64,000 nt of DNA from positions 1 through 64,000 of the IMG/VR virus record IMGVR_UViG_3300017780_003084. One strand, written 5' to 3'. Shown here one piece after another: positions 8,766 to 19,989 of this stretch; the stretch's first letter is position 1, and each line of letters begins with the position of its first letter. Below the pieces are notes generated by a model, which worked only from the letters and a program-made list of their open reading frames with translations, ran no database searches and was not told the origin of the DNA. Source of the stretch: a virus (Duplodnaviria > Caudoviricetes). The position numbers and the translations under genes were made by a program.

Positions 8766-10535
8766 TTACATACACGATTCACAAGACTCTGGTACTTCAA
8801 CTATTTCATCCAAACCTTCACGCTTCCCGATCAAGTAATACAAACTCTTAATGTATGGGTCTTTAAAAGCCATTTGATGAATCTTAGAAATATACTCCTC
8901 ATTATGTCGCTTGTCAACAAATAGATTCAAACTAATACCTTGATCTATGTGACGCTGAATCATCGACACTAAACGAAGAATGCTCTCTTGAGGAAGTTCA
9001 AAGCCAGTTTTAAATACAGACTTCTCTTTATCCGTCAACCAACTTACACGTTGAACACTTCCCTTGTCTTTCTCGACATCTGAGATACACTTCTCAACAT
9101 CTAATCCCTTACTCTTGATAAGAGCTAACAATACAGGGGACACACGAGCAACTTCACCACCTGCTGTAGATTGAGTGTAACTGAAAGCTACGTCTGCTGC
9201 AATACCCTCACCAATGCCCCCATAAATAGCTGCTGTGCTTTTGGTCGGAGCTATACAGCGTAAGTGAGTATTACGGATACCAAGCCCTTCGCACCACTCT
9301 GGCTCACCCTCATGCACAGCAAGCATCTTAGAAGCCTTCAGAGTTTCATCTTCAATTATCGTGAACATCTCTTTTGCTAACTGATAAGCTTCGATAGACT
9401 CATAAGGCAACATCTCTTGCTGGAACAATGTAGACAGTCCACCGCAACCTAACCCAATTGGACGACCTTTAATAGCTCCACGAACAGCTTTCTCTAACCC
9501 ACTAATCTTACTCGCTTCTTCAATGAAATAAGAGTTCACACAGTCTAGTAAGACCGTAGCTACAAATACAGCATCAGTGTGTTTCCACCACTTATACTTA
9601 CTTGCATTCATCCAACCAAGAGTGCAAATGTATGTGCAATCTTCATCTGAGTATAACATCACTTCCGTACAAAGTTGCGTAGAAGCAACATTTAAATTAT
9701 TCTTCTCGTATGCAGATCCTTTTAGTCGATTAGCTTTGTCAGGGAAGTAGTAATACCCTTTCCCAACTGTACTCTTAACCTGCATAGATTTTGCAAATCG
9801 TTTATGAGCTTCCTTATTACCATTGTCAAGCTTCTCGATAAACTTGTCATTGACCTTCCAACCAACATTCAACTTGTCTGGGTTATAATAGAGATAGTCA
9901 GCAACTTCGTGGAAGTCTTTGTGATGAATATCCATGTATGATGCACAAGCCCCTCGTCTTGAACTTCCCTGAGACACATCTGAAGTTACACTGTCCATCA
10001 ACTTCATTACAGGAAGAACTCCTGTCGCTACGCCACCACCTTTGAAGTGACTGCCGCGATGACGGATATTACTCACATCTACAGAAGTGCCAAATCCTGC
10101 CTTGGTTAGTAATGCAACTTCTCGTGCAGCAGTGTAGAACCCATCAACACTGTCTTCAATCATAATACCACCAGAACAACTCACAGGGAGTCCACGATCT
10201 GTTCCTGTATTTGCCAATAGCGGCGTGGAGCAAGCAAAGTAACCCTTCCACATGATGTCAAAGAACTTCTCTTCCCAATACTCTGCGAACCCTTGTTTAC
10301 TGATACATCCACCACGTACAGAATCATTCGGTGTTAGCATGATTGGGGCATAAGCTGCTAGAGTTTTGGCAATACGCTGAAACTGTTCTTTAGGGTTGGC
10401 AGCTTGGTACAAATACTTTTTGTAAAACAATTGTACACCTGCTGTAGCCATCCACTCAGGGATTGTCCCATCAATATGCCCTTGCTTACGAATGTTTGAA
10501 TAGTCTTCGTAATTTAATTCTTTCTTTTTACTCAT
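8766..10535 (-). CDS. nrdA: Class I ribonucleotide reductase alpha subunit (no ATP cone)
   Basis: STPLLAN, PVSC, SRRGA, TQLCTE, CTLG, IAPT, IDQGISLNL, KSLYY, C-terminal CESC. Confidence 0.95.
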   Translation of the reverse strand: MSKKKELNYEDYSNIRKQGHIDGTIPEWMATAGVQLFYKKYLYQAANPKEQFQRIAKTLAAYAPIMLTPNDSVRGGCISKQGFAEYWEEKFFDIMWKGYFACSTPLLANTGTDRGLPVSCSGGIMIEDSVDGFYTAAREVALLTKAGFGTSVDVSNIRHRGSHFKGGGVATGVLPVMKLMDSVTSDVSQGSSRRGACASYMDIHHKDFHEVADYLYYNPDKLNVGWKVNDKFIEKLDNGNKEAHKRFAKSMQVKSTVGKGYYYFPDKANRLKGSAYEKNNLNVASTQLCTEVMLYSDEDCTYICTLGWMNASKYKWWKHTDAVFVATVLLDCVNSYFIEEASKISGLEKAVRGAIKGRPIGLGCGGLSTLFQQEMLPYESIEAYQLAKEMFTIIEDETLKASKMLAVHEGEPEWCEGLGIRNTHLRCIAPTKSTAAIYGGIGEGIAADVAFSYTQSTAGGEVARVSPVLLALIKSKGLDVEKCISDVEKDKGSVQRVSWLTDKEKSVFKTGFELPQESILRLVSMIQRHIDQGISLNLFVDKRHNEEYISKIHQMAFKDPYIKSLYYLIGKREGLDEIVEVPESCESCM

Positions 10536-11527
10536 TCTGCTTTCTCCTCAATCTTCCAACCAAACTTATTCTCTGTAAAGCGTGAACTGTATTCCCGACC
10601 AAGTGTATTAAAAAAATCATTAGCTACATACCCTTTAATCTTATCTCCAAACCATTTCTCAACAGGGTTATCAATTCCTGTAATATCAAACACTGCTTCA
10701 ATTCCAAAGTTATCCAGACAGTAGTTAATACGTGATTTAACAAATGTTTTAAACTGTTCTTTTGTGATTCCTCGTAAATCACCTACTTCATGGAACTTTT
10801 CAATGATAGCTTCTTCGTGTAAGTACAATTGTAAAGCAGCATCTTGAATTTGTTTGAATAACACCTCTTTATCTTCTCTGCTTATCTTTGACTCTTTCAA
10901 GTCTTGGCGAAATAAATAAGCACCTGCTTCATGGTGTAAATTCTCATCTAACGCGCTTTGGTTCGTACCAGCTCCAAAATTGACGATTAAGTTATGCCCG
11001 TTGCTATTAAATGATTTGAACAAAGCAAAGTTACTAAAAAGGATACTGCCCTCCATCATACTAAATACAGCTAATGCTAAACGATCATTGTCACTGTCTA
11101 CGAAACTCTCCAGATATTCTACTCGTGCGTTCAATTCTGGGTCATCGATATAACTCTCCCAAAATTCATCTGTATCTAGTCCTAGTTGTTTGTTTAACTC
11201 AGCATAGAATGGTAAATGGATTGCCAGTTCAACCATGCCAAATGTGGCACACAGACGTTCTACTTCAGGTCGTGGGAACATTTTCATCACACGATTCATC
11301 CAGAACTCTGTCCCAATAAAACTCTCGTATTTGACAAATAACTTAGCTGCTGTCAAAATCGCATGTTTTTCGGGAGCTGTCAATTCTGTCATAAATTGGT
11401 GTTTATCTTTAGCTACCTGAATTTCACCATGCTTCCAATAAAATTCATTCAATTGTAAGTCAGCATATTCTACAAGCTTTGGGTATTTTATTGTGAAGCT
11501 GTTTGTAGGTTCTCGTAATTTTGTCAT
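10532..11527 (-). CDS. nrdB: Class I ribonucleotide reductase beta subunit
   Basis: Di-metal ligand motifs ELAIH..FY, EG..LFSNF, DENLH. Confidence 0.93.
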   Translation of the reverse strand: MTKLREPTNSFTIKYPKLVEYADLQLNEFYWKHGEIQVAKDKHQFMTELTAPEKHAILTAAKLFVKYESFIGTEFWMNRVMKMFPRPEVERLCATFGMVELAIHLPFYAELNKQLGLDTDEFWESYIDDPELNARVEYLESFVDSDNDRLALAVFSMMEGSILFSNFALFKSFNSNGHNLIVNFGAGTNQSALDENLHHEAGAYLFRQDLKESKISREDKEVLFKQIQDAALQLYLHEEAIIEKFHEVGDLRGITKEQFKTFVKSRINYCLDNFGIEAVFDITGIDNPVEKWFGDKIKGYVANDFFNTLGREYSSRFTENKFGWKIEEKAE

Positions 11528-11562
11528 ATTCCCTTTCTAATTATTTTCGGAGTTGAACAGAT

Positions 11563-11591
11563 ATTCTACCACCCAACCCTGAAATTTGCAA
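11563..11591 (-). promoter_or_regulatory. sigma70-type promoter for nrdBA
   Basis: TTGCAA-17-TAGAAT. Confidence 0.65.
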
Positions 11592-11615
11592 CTGTGGTTT
11601 GTTAAAGCACAAACT

Positions 11616-12285
11616 CTATTCACATACAACAATATATCCATCTTGTGTAACATGCAACGTAGCTTCGGGGTGTTCTTCCAATACATTGACAAGTGTCTTT
11701 ATAATATCAATAACCTTTACGCCTGAGTTACAATAATATATCTGTTTGTGGTTATTGTTTTCCATTAACACCCTCCTGCCATTCATACCAAGTTTTCAAT
11801 CCTCCATTAGCACCCATTGAACCCCCTCGTATGTCTTTAGCAATCTTGTTTAGTAGGTTGATTTGCTGCTCTAAAGCTTGCCAATTTGGTTCGTACATTG
11901 ATTCACACTCCCGTTCACTTTCAGCATCCTCTTCAGTATTCTTACCATAAGAGAAACAACCTCCAGACAACTTTACCATCTCTTGTGTCAAGCTTACATC
12001 ACGTCGAAGATGACTCAGTGTCCGTATTTCCGAGGTGCAGAAAGGGCTTGTTCTGAACGATGGAGCATTTGTCAGCTCTCCAATCAATCTATACCCCACT
12101 ACAACCTTGTCTGTCATGTTCTTGTGCTGAGATGCTGAATACTCATACCCTCCACAAATATCCATACCTGCTGTGCGAGCATGATTAAGAACTTTCTCAT
12201 CGTTATCAGGGTGAATTAATTGTACCTCGTTTAAATGTTTGAAATCGTCTAACTTTAATAAATCTGAAACAGAAATATTATACAT
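11616..12285 (-). CDS. Two hypothetical proteins (11616-11765, 49 aa, not in the track; 11752-12285)
   Basis: RBS GGAGGG / GGAGGTGG; coupled reading frames. Confidence 0.65.
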
Positions 12286-12877
12286 TACCACCTCCTGATA
12301 AAAATCCTACCACTTCAAATCCTTTGAGATTAACTGGGACAAAGTTGGTTGGCTTTTTGATTTTGCCTGTCTCAATATCCTTAAATACATATACGCTGTA
12401 TTGTGAATTGTATTCTTTGACTGTATTAGGGGGTTGTACAGTCAATTCAAACACATCTTCATATTTTCTAGGAACTTCGGTTATTTCAGGAATATTTTTA
12501 ATTACTGCCAAATCCCCTTGAGGGAACTTACTTAAGTTATTCTCATTCACTTTCTTTAAAGCTCCACTTACATCAAACCCTGCAGCTTCCAGCTTCTGCA
12601 TAAGTCCTGCCACTGTTACGAAGAGGTCACATACTCCGTCAATCACTTCAACTTCAGGATTGTAGTCAGGGTCTTCATTGTCATCGTCATATCTGCCTTC
12701 AGGATAAATGCCACGTTCAACAGCTTCTATAGTCTCTGATAGTTCTTCAAAGATGAAACTCAATTGATTGTTAACACTATCTGGTGTCACGTTATCTAAG
12801 TTTCCTGCTATCGAGTTAAACAGCTCTACATTCTTGTAAGCTTCTTGGATTGTTTCTGTCATTGTGTTATTGCTCAT
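12278..12877 (-). CDS. MazG-like / PRA-PH nucleotide pyrophosphohydrolase
   Basis: FIFEELSETIEA...EVIDGVCDLFVTVAG...ALKKVNENNLSKF...GKIKKP..F.P..L. Confidence 0.8.
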   Translation of the reverse strand: MSNNTMTETIQEAYKNVELFNSIAGNLDNVTPDSVNNQLSFIFEELSETIEAVERGIYPEGRYDDDNEDPDYNPEVEVIDGVCDLFVTVAGLMQKLEAAGFDVSGALKKVNENNLSKFPQGDLAVIKNIPEITEVPRKYEDVFELTVQPPNTVKEYNSQYSVYVFKDIETGKIKKPTNFVPVNLKGFEVVGFLSGGGNV

Positions 12878-13930
12878 TAAATCTCCTGTTCAAATAACTC
12901 TACTACTTTTAAAACTTGCACATTATCTACAGCCCAATTATCACCATCTTCCATAATAAGATGTGTAAGAGTCTCTACTGCAGTTAGTGCTGTGTATTCT
13001 CCATCTACGTCTATTGTACAATGTACTCTGAATTTCTTGCTCATGTTGTATCATCCTCATATAAAATCTTACCTTCTGGATAAAGCCTAGCGTTAATTGC
13101 TTCAAAGGCTTCTTTTTCTGTATCAAACAACCTACTACCTCTCAATCGAATATCCTCCCAACCTGACCAAGTTTTATATTGAGGTCTGTAATATCCGTGG
13201 TCAGTAATAACTCTTACTTTCATAAGTTTTCCTTATGTCCTGTTATCATGTAAATTGGAAACTCTCTAGCAACAAGTTGATGTTCAACAAATGTGTAGCC
13301 AAGGTCTTTTAGTATTTCCATAGCTTTCATATCCTCTGCACTGTCTCCGTAGAAAGTTCTGCTCCAATTAACTCCTTCGTTTATGTTTGTGTTCATCTAC
13401 TTCTCCCAACGAATGTCTATTCCAAACTTATTTGAAAAACTAACAGCATCGTGTTCATTGTAAAACTCGCAGATTCTGTTTGCATTGTCGTCATACAAGC
13501 AACCATTAAATTTGATCTCATTATTGTTTGGTAATAGTACAACAGCAGCTCTTGCATAAATATTTATGACCATATTCCCTCCTTGTACACTAATAGTGGA
13601 CGTTATGTTTTGTTGGACAGATTAAAAACTAAAGTTAAAATTTTCCATGTGCTGTCTCATTTGAGCCTCCATGTTAAAGGCATTATATACTGTATTTATA
13701 TCTAATGCAAGGCTTTGCAAGTACTTCAACAATTCTGGTTCTTGCTTGTAAGAAATAGCAACTCCATAATCGTATTGCACATCTTCTACAGAGAATCCTT
13801 TGGAGTCGTATATTGCAGCTCCGTCTACAAGAGTTCCGAAGTTGTCTCTTGGCACTATTGCAATTTGTCCGTTCTCAATGAAGATTATGTTAAGAGGAAG
13901 AGTGCTTAATTGTGTGCTAATTTGGTTCAT
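12877..13930 (-). CDS. Run of small hypothetical ORFs (12877-13044, 13041-13223, 13220-13396, 13397-13573, 13622-13930)
   Basis: Back-to-back ATGA/TAATG couplings with RBS; several were read manually. Confidence 0.65.
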
Positions 13931-14859
13931 AACGGCATAGCTTCCAAAACTGGCACACCTTCAATAATCAAACTTGTTCCAATAATAGGGCGGTGCAAAT
14001 TAACATTATTGTATGCAAACGCATAACTCGCATCATCAATCAAACAGCCAGAGTTCATTGCAAAGTACAACCCATTAGGATTAGCCCAATACTTAATGCA
14101 GAAGTCCTCATGGAAGTGTCCACATACAAAACTCATACCCATTGACTGAGATACTTTTAAAGCGTCTTTAGTCTTACCGTGATGAATATACACTTGTTGT
14201 CCGTCTGGTAAATCAATTACTAAGTCATTGTACCATTTCCAACCAGCTCCAACACCTAACACTTCATTGTAGCTCCGAATGTAATGTCGTGGGATACCAA
14301 AATGCTTAGCTTTTCGCCACACCATGCTACCATGATTCGAGTCTACTAAATCCATTACAGGGAACATCTCATGAAGCTTTGCAATAACGGACAACGCAGC
14401 TTTAAGTTCGTCTCCTGCACTCATCAAATCTGGGTCAGAGTCGTGGAATGAGAGTGCATGTTTGTCCGTCTCATCACCTAAACAAATCACTCGTGTTGGA
14501 TTATAACGCTCTTTCAACATCTGCAAGAAGTTTAGTAAATTAGGGTGATGATAAGGAATGTGCATGTCACTCAAAAACAAAATGCGAGAGTTAATATGCT
14601 CTTCTTCACCACCTCCATCAACAGCCTCTTGTACATAAAAATCAACTAAAGGGCTTTGTTGGTACATCTCATCAACACGCTTAACAGCATCCACATCATC
14701 ATCCACCTTCTCACGCTCTTTGTAATACTCTCGCAAGAAATCTGACACTGTAGACTTAGCTACATCCAGCTCACGAGCAATACTACGCCAAGACATAGCA
14801 CCTGATTCTGCCGACTTGATAGCGTCTAATTTCCAATCTGTATTAGTGTTTAAGCTCAT
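13927..14859 (-). CDS. Calcineurin-like metallophosphoesterase with N-terminal HTH
   Basis: SDMHIPY, CLGDETD, SNHG, HHG, GHFH motifs; N-terminal SWRSIARELDVAKSTVSDFL. Confidence 0.88.
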   Translation of the reverse strand: MSLNTNTDWKLDAIKSAESGAMSWRSIARELDVAKSTVSDFLREYYKEREKVDDDVDAVKRVDEMYQQSPLVDFYVQEAVDGGGEEEHINSRILFLSDMHIPYHHPNLLNFLQMLKERYNPTRVICLGDETDKHALSFHDSDPDLMSAGDELKAALSVIAKLHEMFPVMDLVDSNHGSMVWRKAKHFGIPRHYIRSYNEVLGVGAGWKWYNDLVIDLPDGQQVYIHHGKTKDALKVSQSMGMSFVCGHFHEDFCIKYWANPNGLYFAMNSGCLIDDASYAFAYNNVNLHRPIIGTSLIIEGVPVLEAMPL

Positions 14860-15903
14860 GTATTCTCCTCGTTGTTAATGTGGCTGTCAATTCCATTTGA
14901 GTCTTCATATAGAGCGATTATCATATTACGGTAGAGACACAGCACCTCTCCACAGTTCAATTGTTTATGAATATCTACAGGGTATTCTACCATAGTAGTT
15001 TTTTCGATGTCACCTACTCTAGATGTTTTAGTCATCTTAAACACTCGTACATGTTCACTCATACACTCTCCTCAATATAATTTAACTTCAATTCCACCTG
15101 ACGTTCTCCTGTAGGTATCTTCTCATAACCATCGTATGTGCTAGGAATAGTTGTATACATCCTCTTATCCTCACTAGCAAGCACAGCACAATAACTACTA
15201 CGTTCCACCTTGTCAGCAAGCTCTCTAAGGTATGTTGCCATTTCTTGTTGTAGGGTCATTGTACCTCCACAAACCAATCTTTATCAATCCAAACTTCACA
15301 ATCATAATCACTTAGAATTAGATATGCGTACATAGACTCTGCTAATATAGCATACATTTTATCAAGGGTTAAGAAATCTTTTTCGCCAGTAATAATACAT
15401 CTTACAAGCATATCACATTCCTTTCAATTCTTGTAATTGCTTCTGAGCTTCCCCTATAGTTTTCTCCAACTCTTCAATCTTCAGTTCTTGTGGAGACTTT
15501 GTAGGATAATTATCAAAATTAATACTCCTGCCATTTAATAATTCATACTCAACAAACTGTTTCATACTACGAGTACCGAGTATTTCACACATCTTATTGA
15601 AGATTGCAGTAGTATGCTTACGTGGACTTAGTTTATCGTCGCCACACACAGCGCCAGCTAAAACTCGCATTGTAATAAACTCGTCTCGACTAAGTGTAAT
15701 ATTGTAACTTTTCATATTTTCTCCTCTAAATTAATCGTCAAAACCATCGTCTTAGTCTTTACACCAAACAACAATGGATGCGTATCAACACAAACTATCA
15801 AACCCTTAATATTGTAATCCTTCAAAGCAATATCTAACGTCTTGTCAATCACTTCCCTATCAACGGGTTCAAAAAGTCCATTGTAGCAGGTTATATTTTT
15901 CAT
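14856..15903 (-). CDS. Run of small hypothetical ORFs
   Basis: Track ORFs 14856-15062, ~15059-15259, 15413-15715, 15712-15903, all coupled. Confidence 0.6.
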
Positions 15904-15905
15904 TG

Positions 15906-16430
15906 CTATTCCTTATAAATAAACTTATAAATCTCCAACAAACTTATTCTACGCGAAGCTTCATTATTAGTCAAGTAATGTCCTTCAAAATCCCACATAC
16001 TAATGAAGTTAATAACATCCTCCTTAGATTCAGTTTTAAGAATATTGATGACACATTTCTGTACCTCAGCTTCCTCCTTACTGCACTTGTTCTTTGCCAT
16101 GTATGTCTTAATATCGTGACAATCGTGGCATAGCACTTGCAGTCCTTCTTTGTTGCAAAACAATTTACGTGCAAACTCTCCTAAGTCTTCCCAACAAGTA
16201 AGTTGTCCTGCTTCTTCAATATGATCTACAGCACATTCAGAATTAGACACAAGAGCCTTACATTCAGCACATTCAAAGCATACACGTTGTCTTGGATTAT
16301 CTCCTACATATGGTCGCTTTGCTGTAGCCTTAGCCTCATAGATAGGTGCGTGACGTTGTGAGAGCTTCCTCATTCCACTGCGAAGCCATGTAAATATATC
16401 AGGCTTCTTAGCTTTCTTCATACACACCAA
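15906..16430 (-). CDS. HNH endonuclease (replication-module type)
   Basis: FECAECK...CAVDHI...LQVLCHDCHDIKT. Confidence 0.85.
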   Translation of the reverse strand: MVCMKKAKKPDIFTWLRSGMRKLSQRHAPIYEAKATAKRPYVGDNPRQRVCFECAECKALVSNSECAVDHIEEAGQLTCWEDLGEFARKLFCNKEGLQVLCHDCHDIKTYMAKNKCSKEEAEVQKCVINILKTESKEDVINFISMWDFEGHYLTNNEASRRISLLEIYKFIYKE

Positions 16431-16934
16431 TCACTTCATAAGATACTTCAACTTCCTCATTAACACGCTCTGTCCACTGCTGAATAAAATCTTCAATACA
16501 AGTGATTTCTTGAGCTATTTCATTACCAAGTTCTTCGTATGTAGCAAACACTGCGTCTTCACCTTCTGATAGGCATAATACACCCTTCATTTGTGGAATG
16601 TCAATAGCATATCCGAATAAATCTTCTCCGACAATCTTAGTTTTATACTTCTTAATTTCCATTTTACTCTTCCTTTCAGTGTTGTTAAATATCATCCATG
16701 CAGGTATTACGTTGTTCCAGCTCACACATCCTCCTTAAACAATACAATCAAAGCACTGAAAACTTCCTGCAATCGTTCCTCTGTAGCGCAATCAAACTCC
16801 GTGTCGTAAGCACTCACAGTTTGCCCTTCAGCTCCTATCATAACACAAGCTCTTGCAGAGGCTGGCATAGATGATAGGAAGTCTTTGTAGGTGATTTCTG
16901 TTACTTGTGATTTCTGTTTCTTGTGGTTTCCCAT
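16408..16934 (-). CDS. Two hypothetical proteins (16408-16725, 16722-16934)
   Basis: Coupled ORFs with RBS. Confidence 0.6.
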
Positions 16935-16946
16935 GTTATTCTCTCC

Positions 16947-17792
16947 CTAATCTGTGCAGTTGCACTCAGTAAGTTCATCATCATTATCTAGATTTAAATC
17001 TAGATTAGCTTGTTCTTTAAGCATAAAATAACTTTTCCTATCTGTACGAAACTTAGCAAATCCATCTTGGTATTTATCTGATTTAATGCATTGCTCTTGC
17101 TTAATCCACCAATCTACTGATTGAGGATTAGCTTGTATGAGACCTTTGATTTTAGCAGCTCCCTTCAAAAAGCACATATCACAATTACCCCCAACAGTTT
17201 TACCGTCAACACTTGGTAGCATTAAATCAAACGAATTATTTTTCCAAAAGTCTAAAATAACTTCAGTTGTAATTCCAGCTTTAGCCAAAGGAGCTATCCT
17301 ATCAAATGGTTCTTTGCTAGGGTTAGATAGTTTTGCAACGCGTCTTGGCTCATCAGCACGAAAACCTATCACCATATCCCATTCTTCAAATCCTAGCACT
17401 TGTTGGGCATATCTTTTAATTGGAATAACTTTAAGTTCTGACGTACAAAACCTTGCTAATGAATTTGGAAGATAATTTTTTCTTGTGATAATCTGCTCAA
17501 AAGGCTCTCCATTTCGACTTGCAGATTCGTAATCGACTATTTTCCATCTTTGTTTTGCAACATCCGTATCACTATATTCAATCCATGTAATAGGAACATT
17601 CCAATTAGTTGCACAATCATTTACAAATTTTAATGTTTCTTCCATTTCTTTACCTGTATTAGCGAATATGCAATAAACTCCTTCAGGAAGCTCACCCCCA
17701 TTACTCTGCAAAATTCTCCATAACATATACCCACTTGTCCGTCCTCCAGAAAATGAGATTATTGCTGGTGACTTAATTTTAAAATTATCCAT
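16947..17792 (-). CDS. PAPS-reductase / PP-loop family protein
   Basis: ISFSGGRTSGYM, FANTGKE, RFCTSELK, IGFRADE, NCDMCFLK and a terminal CNC. Confidence 0.85.
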   Translation of the reverse strand: MDNFKIKSPAIISFSGGRTSGYMLWRILQSNGGELPEGVYCIFANTGKEMEETLKFVNDCATNWNVPITWIEYSDTDVAKQRWKIVDYESASRNGEPFEQIITRKNYLPNSLARFCTSELKVIPIKRYAQQVLGFEEWDMVIGFRADEPRRVAKLSNPSKEPFDRIAPLAKAGITTEVILDFWKNNSFDLMLPSVDGKTVGGNCDMCFLKGAAKIKGLIQANPQSVDWWIKQEQCIKSDKYQDGFAKFRTDRKSYFMLKEQANLDLNLDNDDELTECNCTD

Positions 17793-17793
17793 G

Positions 17794-18762
17794 TTATTCC
17801 TTCCAATTAATTCCTAAGTTATTTAAAAGCTTCTCTGTACTAAACACGTCGTCTTCTGAGCGTTTCATGTGAGCACAGGCTGCATACATGTCCATAATTT
17901 CTATCAAACTCTTAGACTGTTCAATTCCTTGCCAATCTGTGTACACAATAGGCTCTTTAGGATACCAAGTTTTGTATTGTTTGTAAACAGCTTCTACAGC
18001 TTCTTTATCTGTTTTACAGTCTTTCAATAGATTGTACATGGACACAACTCCAAACTTCTTACCAGCTATCTCGCAAGGTTTAAATGCGTCTGTTGAGTCT
18101 CCCAAAACCCACTGTGCATAATAAAAAACTCTGCCATACCCATCAAAGTCTTTGTTATCTTTAACCAGTTTAATCTCTCCAAAACCTTTTACAAGAAACG
18201 GCTCAGATTGTTTAGTCCAATTATACATATAACCAGCTACACCGTTTTGATCCCCATCAATTGTGCAAGCAATTGTCTTAATACCTTGAGCCAGCCCTTC
18301 CGCGCATCTTTGAGCCAGCTTATCATCAACTTCACGTCCATTAACTACTCCAGCTTTCTTTTTGAGTTCCAAATAATCCCTACACTCTTTCAACTGCACA
18401 GGCTTTGTACTACTCCGACCACTCTTGTACTTTGTCGGGAGGGGAAGCTTATCACGAAAGTTATCGACACCACTCAAGTATATCTCAATTTCATCAGCTT
18501 TACAAGATTTCTTTAAAGCTTCAATAGTAGTATTCATAGCATGAAAAGCATGAGAAATATCTTCCGGTGTTTGGACATCTACAATATCAAACTCTCCAAT
18601 ACTAAAAGAATCTTTAATTTGCTCTTTCAAGCTTGTTCTGTGAGGGCAGGTAATTTCTTGCCCTGTCGTTTTATGTGTTGCCTTGATACTGCGAGTTTCG
18701 TTTGCAGCAGCACATCTGAATGCCACAATATCGCCATCAATTACTGCTATTGTTTTAGTCAC
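17794..18762 (-). CDS. 5'-3' exonuclease (RNase H/flap type)
   Basis: AVIDGDIVAF, YLSGVDNFR, YKSGR, EVDD, IDGD, LGDSTD; GTG start after GGAGGTG. Confidence 0.88.
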   Translation of the reverse strand: MTKTIAVIDGDIVAFRCAAANETRSIKATHKTTGQEITCPHRTSLKEQIKDSFSIGEFDIVDVQTPEDISHAFHAMNTTIEALKKSCKADEIEIYLSGVDNFRDKLPLPTKYKSGRSSTKPVQLKECRDYLELKKKAGVVNGREVDDKLAQRCAEGLAQGIKTIACTIDGDQNGVAGYMYNWTKQSEPFLVKGFGEIKLVKDNKDFDGYGRVFYYAQWVLGDSTDAFKPCEIAGKKFGVVSMYNLLKDCKTDKEAVEAVYKQYKTWYPKEPIVYTDWQGIEQSKSLIEIMDMYAACAHMKRSEDDVFSTEKLLNNLGINWKE

Positions 18763-19922
18763 GTCACCTCCTCCCATTTACCTTCACAAGCTTCTTCAAG
18801 ATGCTCTAACATATCTTCCACAGTTGAGAAACTTTCGTAGCAACATGTGTACTCATCGTCATTACAACCACATTGATATGTGAAGCATCCCCAACTCCAA
18901 GCTTCCCAATTAAGGTATTTTCTACTTTCTAAAATTGCTCTTGCTTCATCTTTAGTCATGATCGCTCCCATCCTCATGCCTCTTATCAAACTGCTCTACA
19001 AGATCATCTAGGCAAGGAACCATATCCTCTAAGTAATCTAATAGCTCTTCGTAATACCCTACCAAATCTCGCAATCCTTCTAACTCCAAATTTCCTTGTT
19101 CAGTCATAACACCTCCAATGTCTTAATCAACTGGTGAGCTTCTGCAACCTTACGCTTCAATACTTCTTGCTGCAATGTCAGCTTCTTGAATTCCCACTTA
19201 TTCTGTCTTACTGAAGCTTTTGCATTGTCTAAGTCTTCCTGCAAAAGAGCTTTCAACTCTTGTCGAGCTATTTGTTTAGCTGTTGCCATTTGTTCTCCTA
19301 TCCAAACCAACTGTGAGATTCATGGCTCACTTCACTCTTAGCTCCACAAACTTCGCACTCATTCCAATGGTCTGTATAAGCTTTGTCATAATAACTACCC
19401 GCAAAGTAACTCTCCTTCTTAGCAATCTTTGGATGATTACAATTATCATCTCGGAGCTTCTTTGCTGCAATGTACACAGCATTTGCTTCCCTGAGTTTTT
19501 GTTGTGCATATTCAAAGTTTGCTTGGAAGCTATCGAATAAGTCTAGTTGTTGCATAATTCCTCCTGTGCATATAAGTTATAATAATCTCCGCCTAATTTC
19601 TCAGTTATTTTCTCTGCTGCAGCTTCAGCCTCAGATAATCCTTGATGACCGAATGTTTCAATAGAAAGTTTAACGTCTACTCCATCTATGACAACTACTA
19701 ATGAATATTCCATCAATTCCTCCCAAAACATTTATAGTTAATACTCCAGAAGTATTCTTGTGCAACTTTCTCTTGAGCTTCCTCTAAACTGTCTGCCACG
19801 ACCCAATCAACCCGTTTTGTCTCACAAGAATTGAAGTAAGCTTCAGCATAATAGTATCTAGGGTCATCCACACTTTGAGATACAATCAGTCCCATCATCT
19901 TTGCTAGTTCCCATTTTGTCAT
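18759..19922 (-). CDS. Run of small hypothetical ORFs
   Basis: 18759-18959, 19104-19289, 19298-19555, 19543-~19713, 19713-19922, with RBS. Confidence 0.6.
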
Positions 19923-19941
19923 AATCCCTCCTTATAAAACT

Positions 19942-19978
19942 AAAAGCCCTCATACCTCACAAGGAAGCAGAGGGCTTT
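19942..19978. terminator. Intrinsic terminator after ssb
   Basis: AAAAGCCCTC...GAGGGCTTT. Confidence 0.8.
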
Positions 19979-19989
19979 GTTAAGCTACA

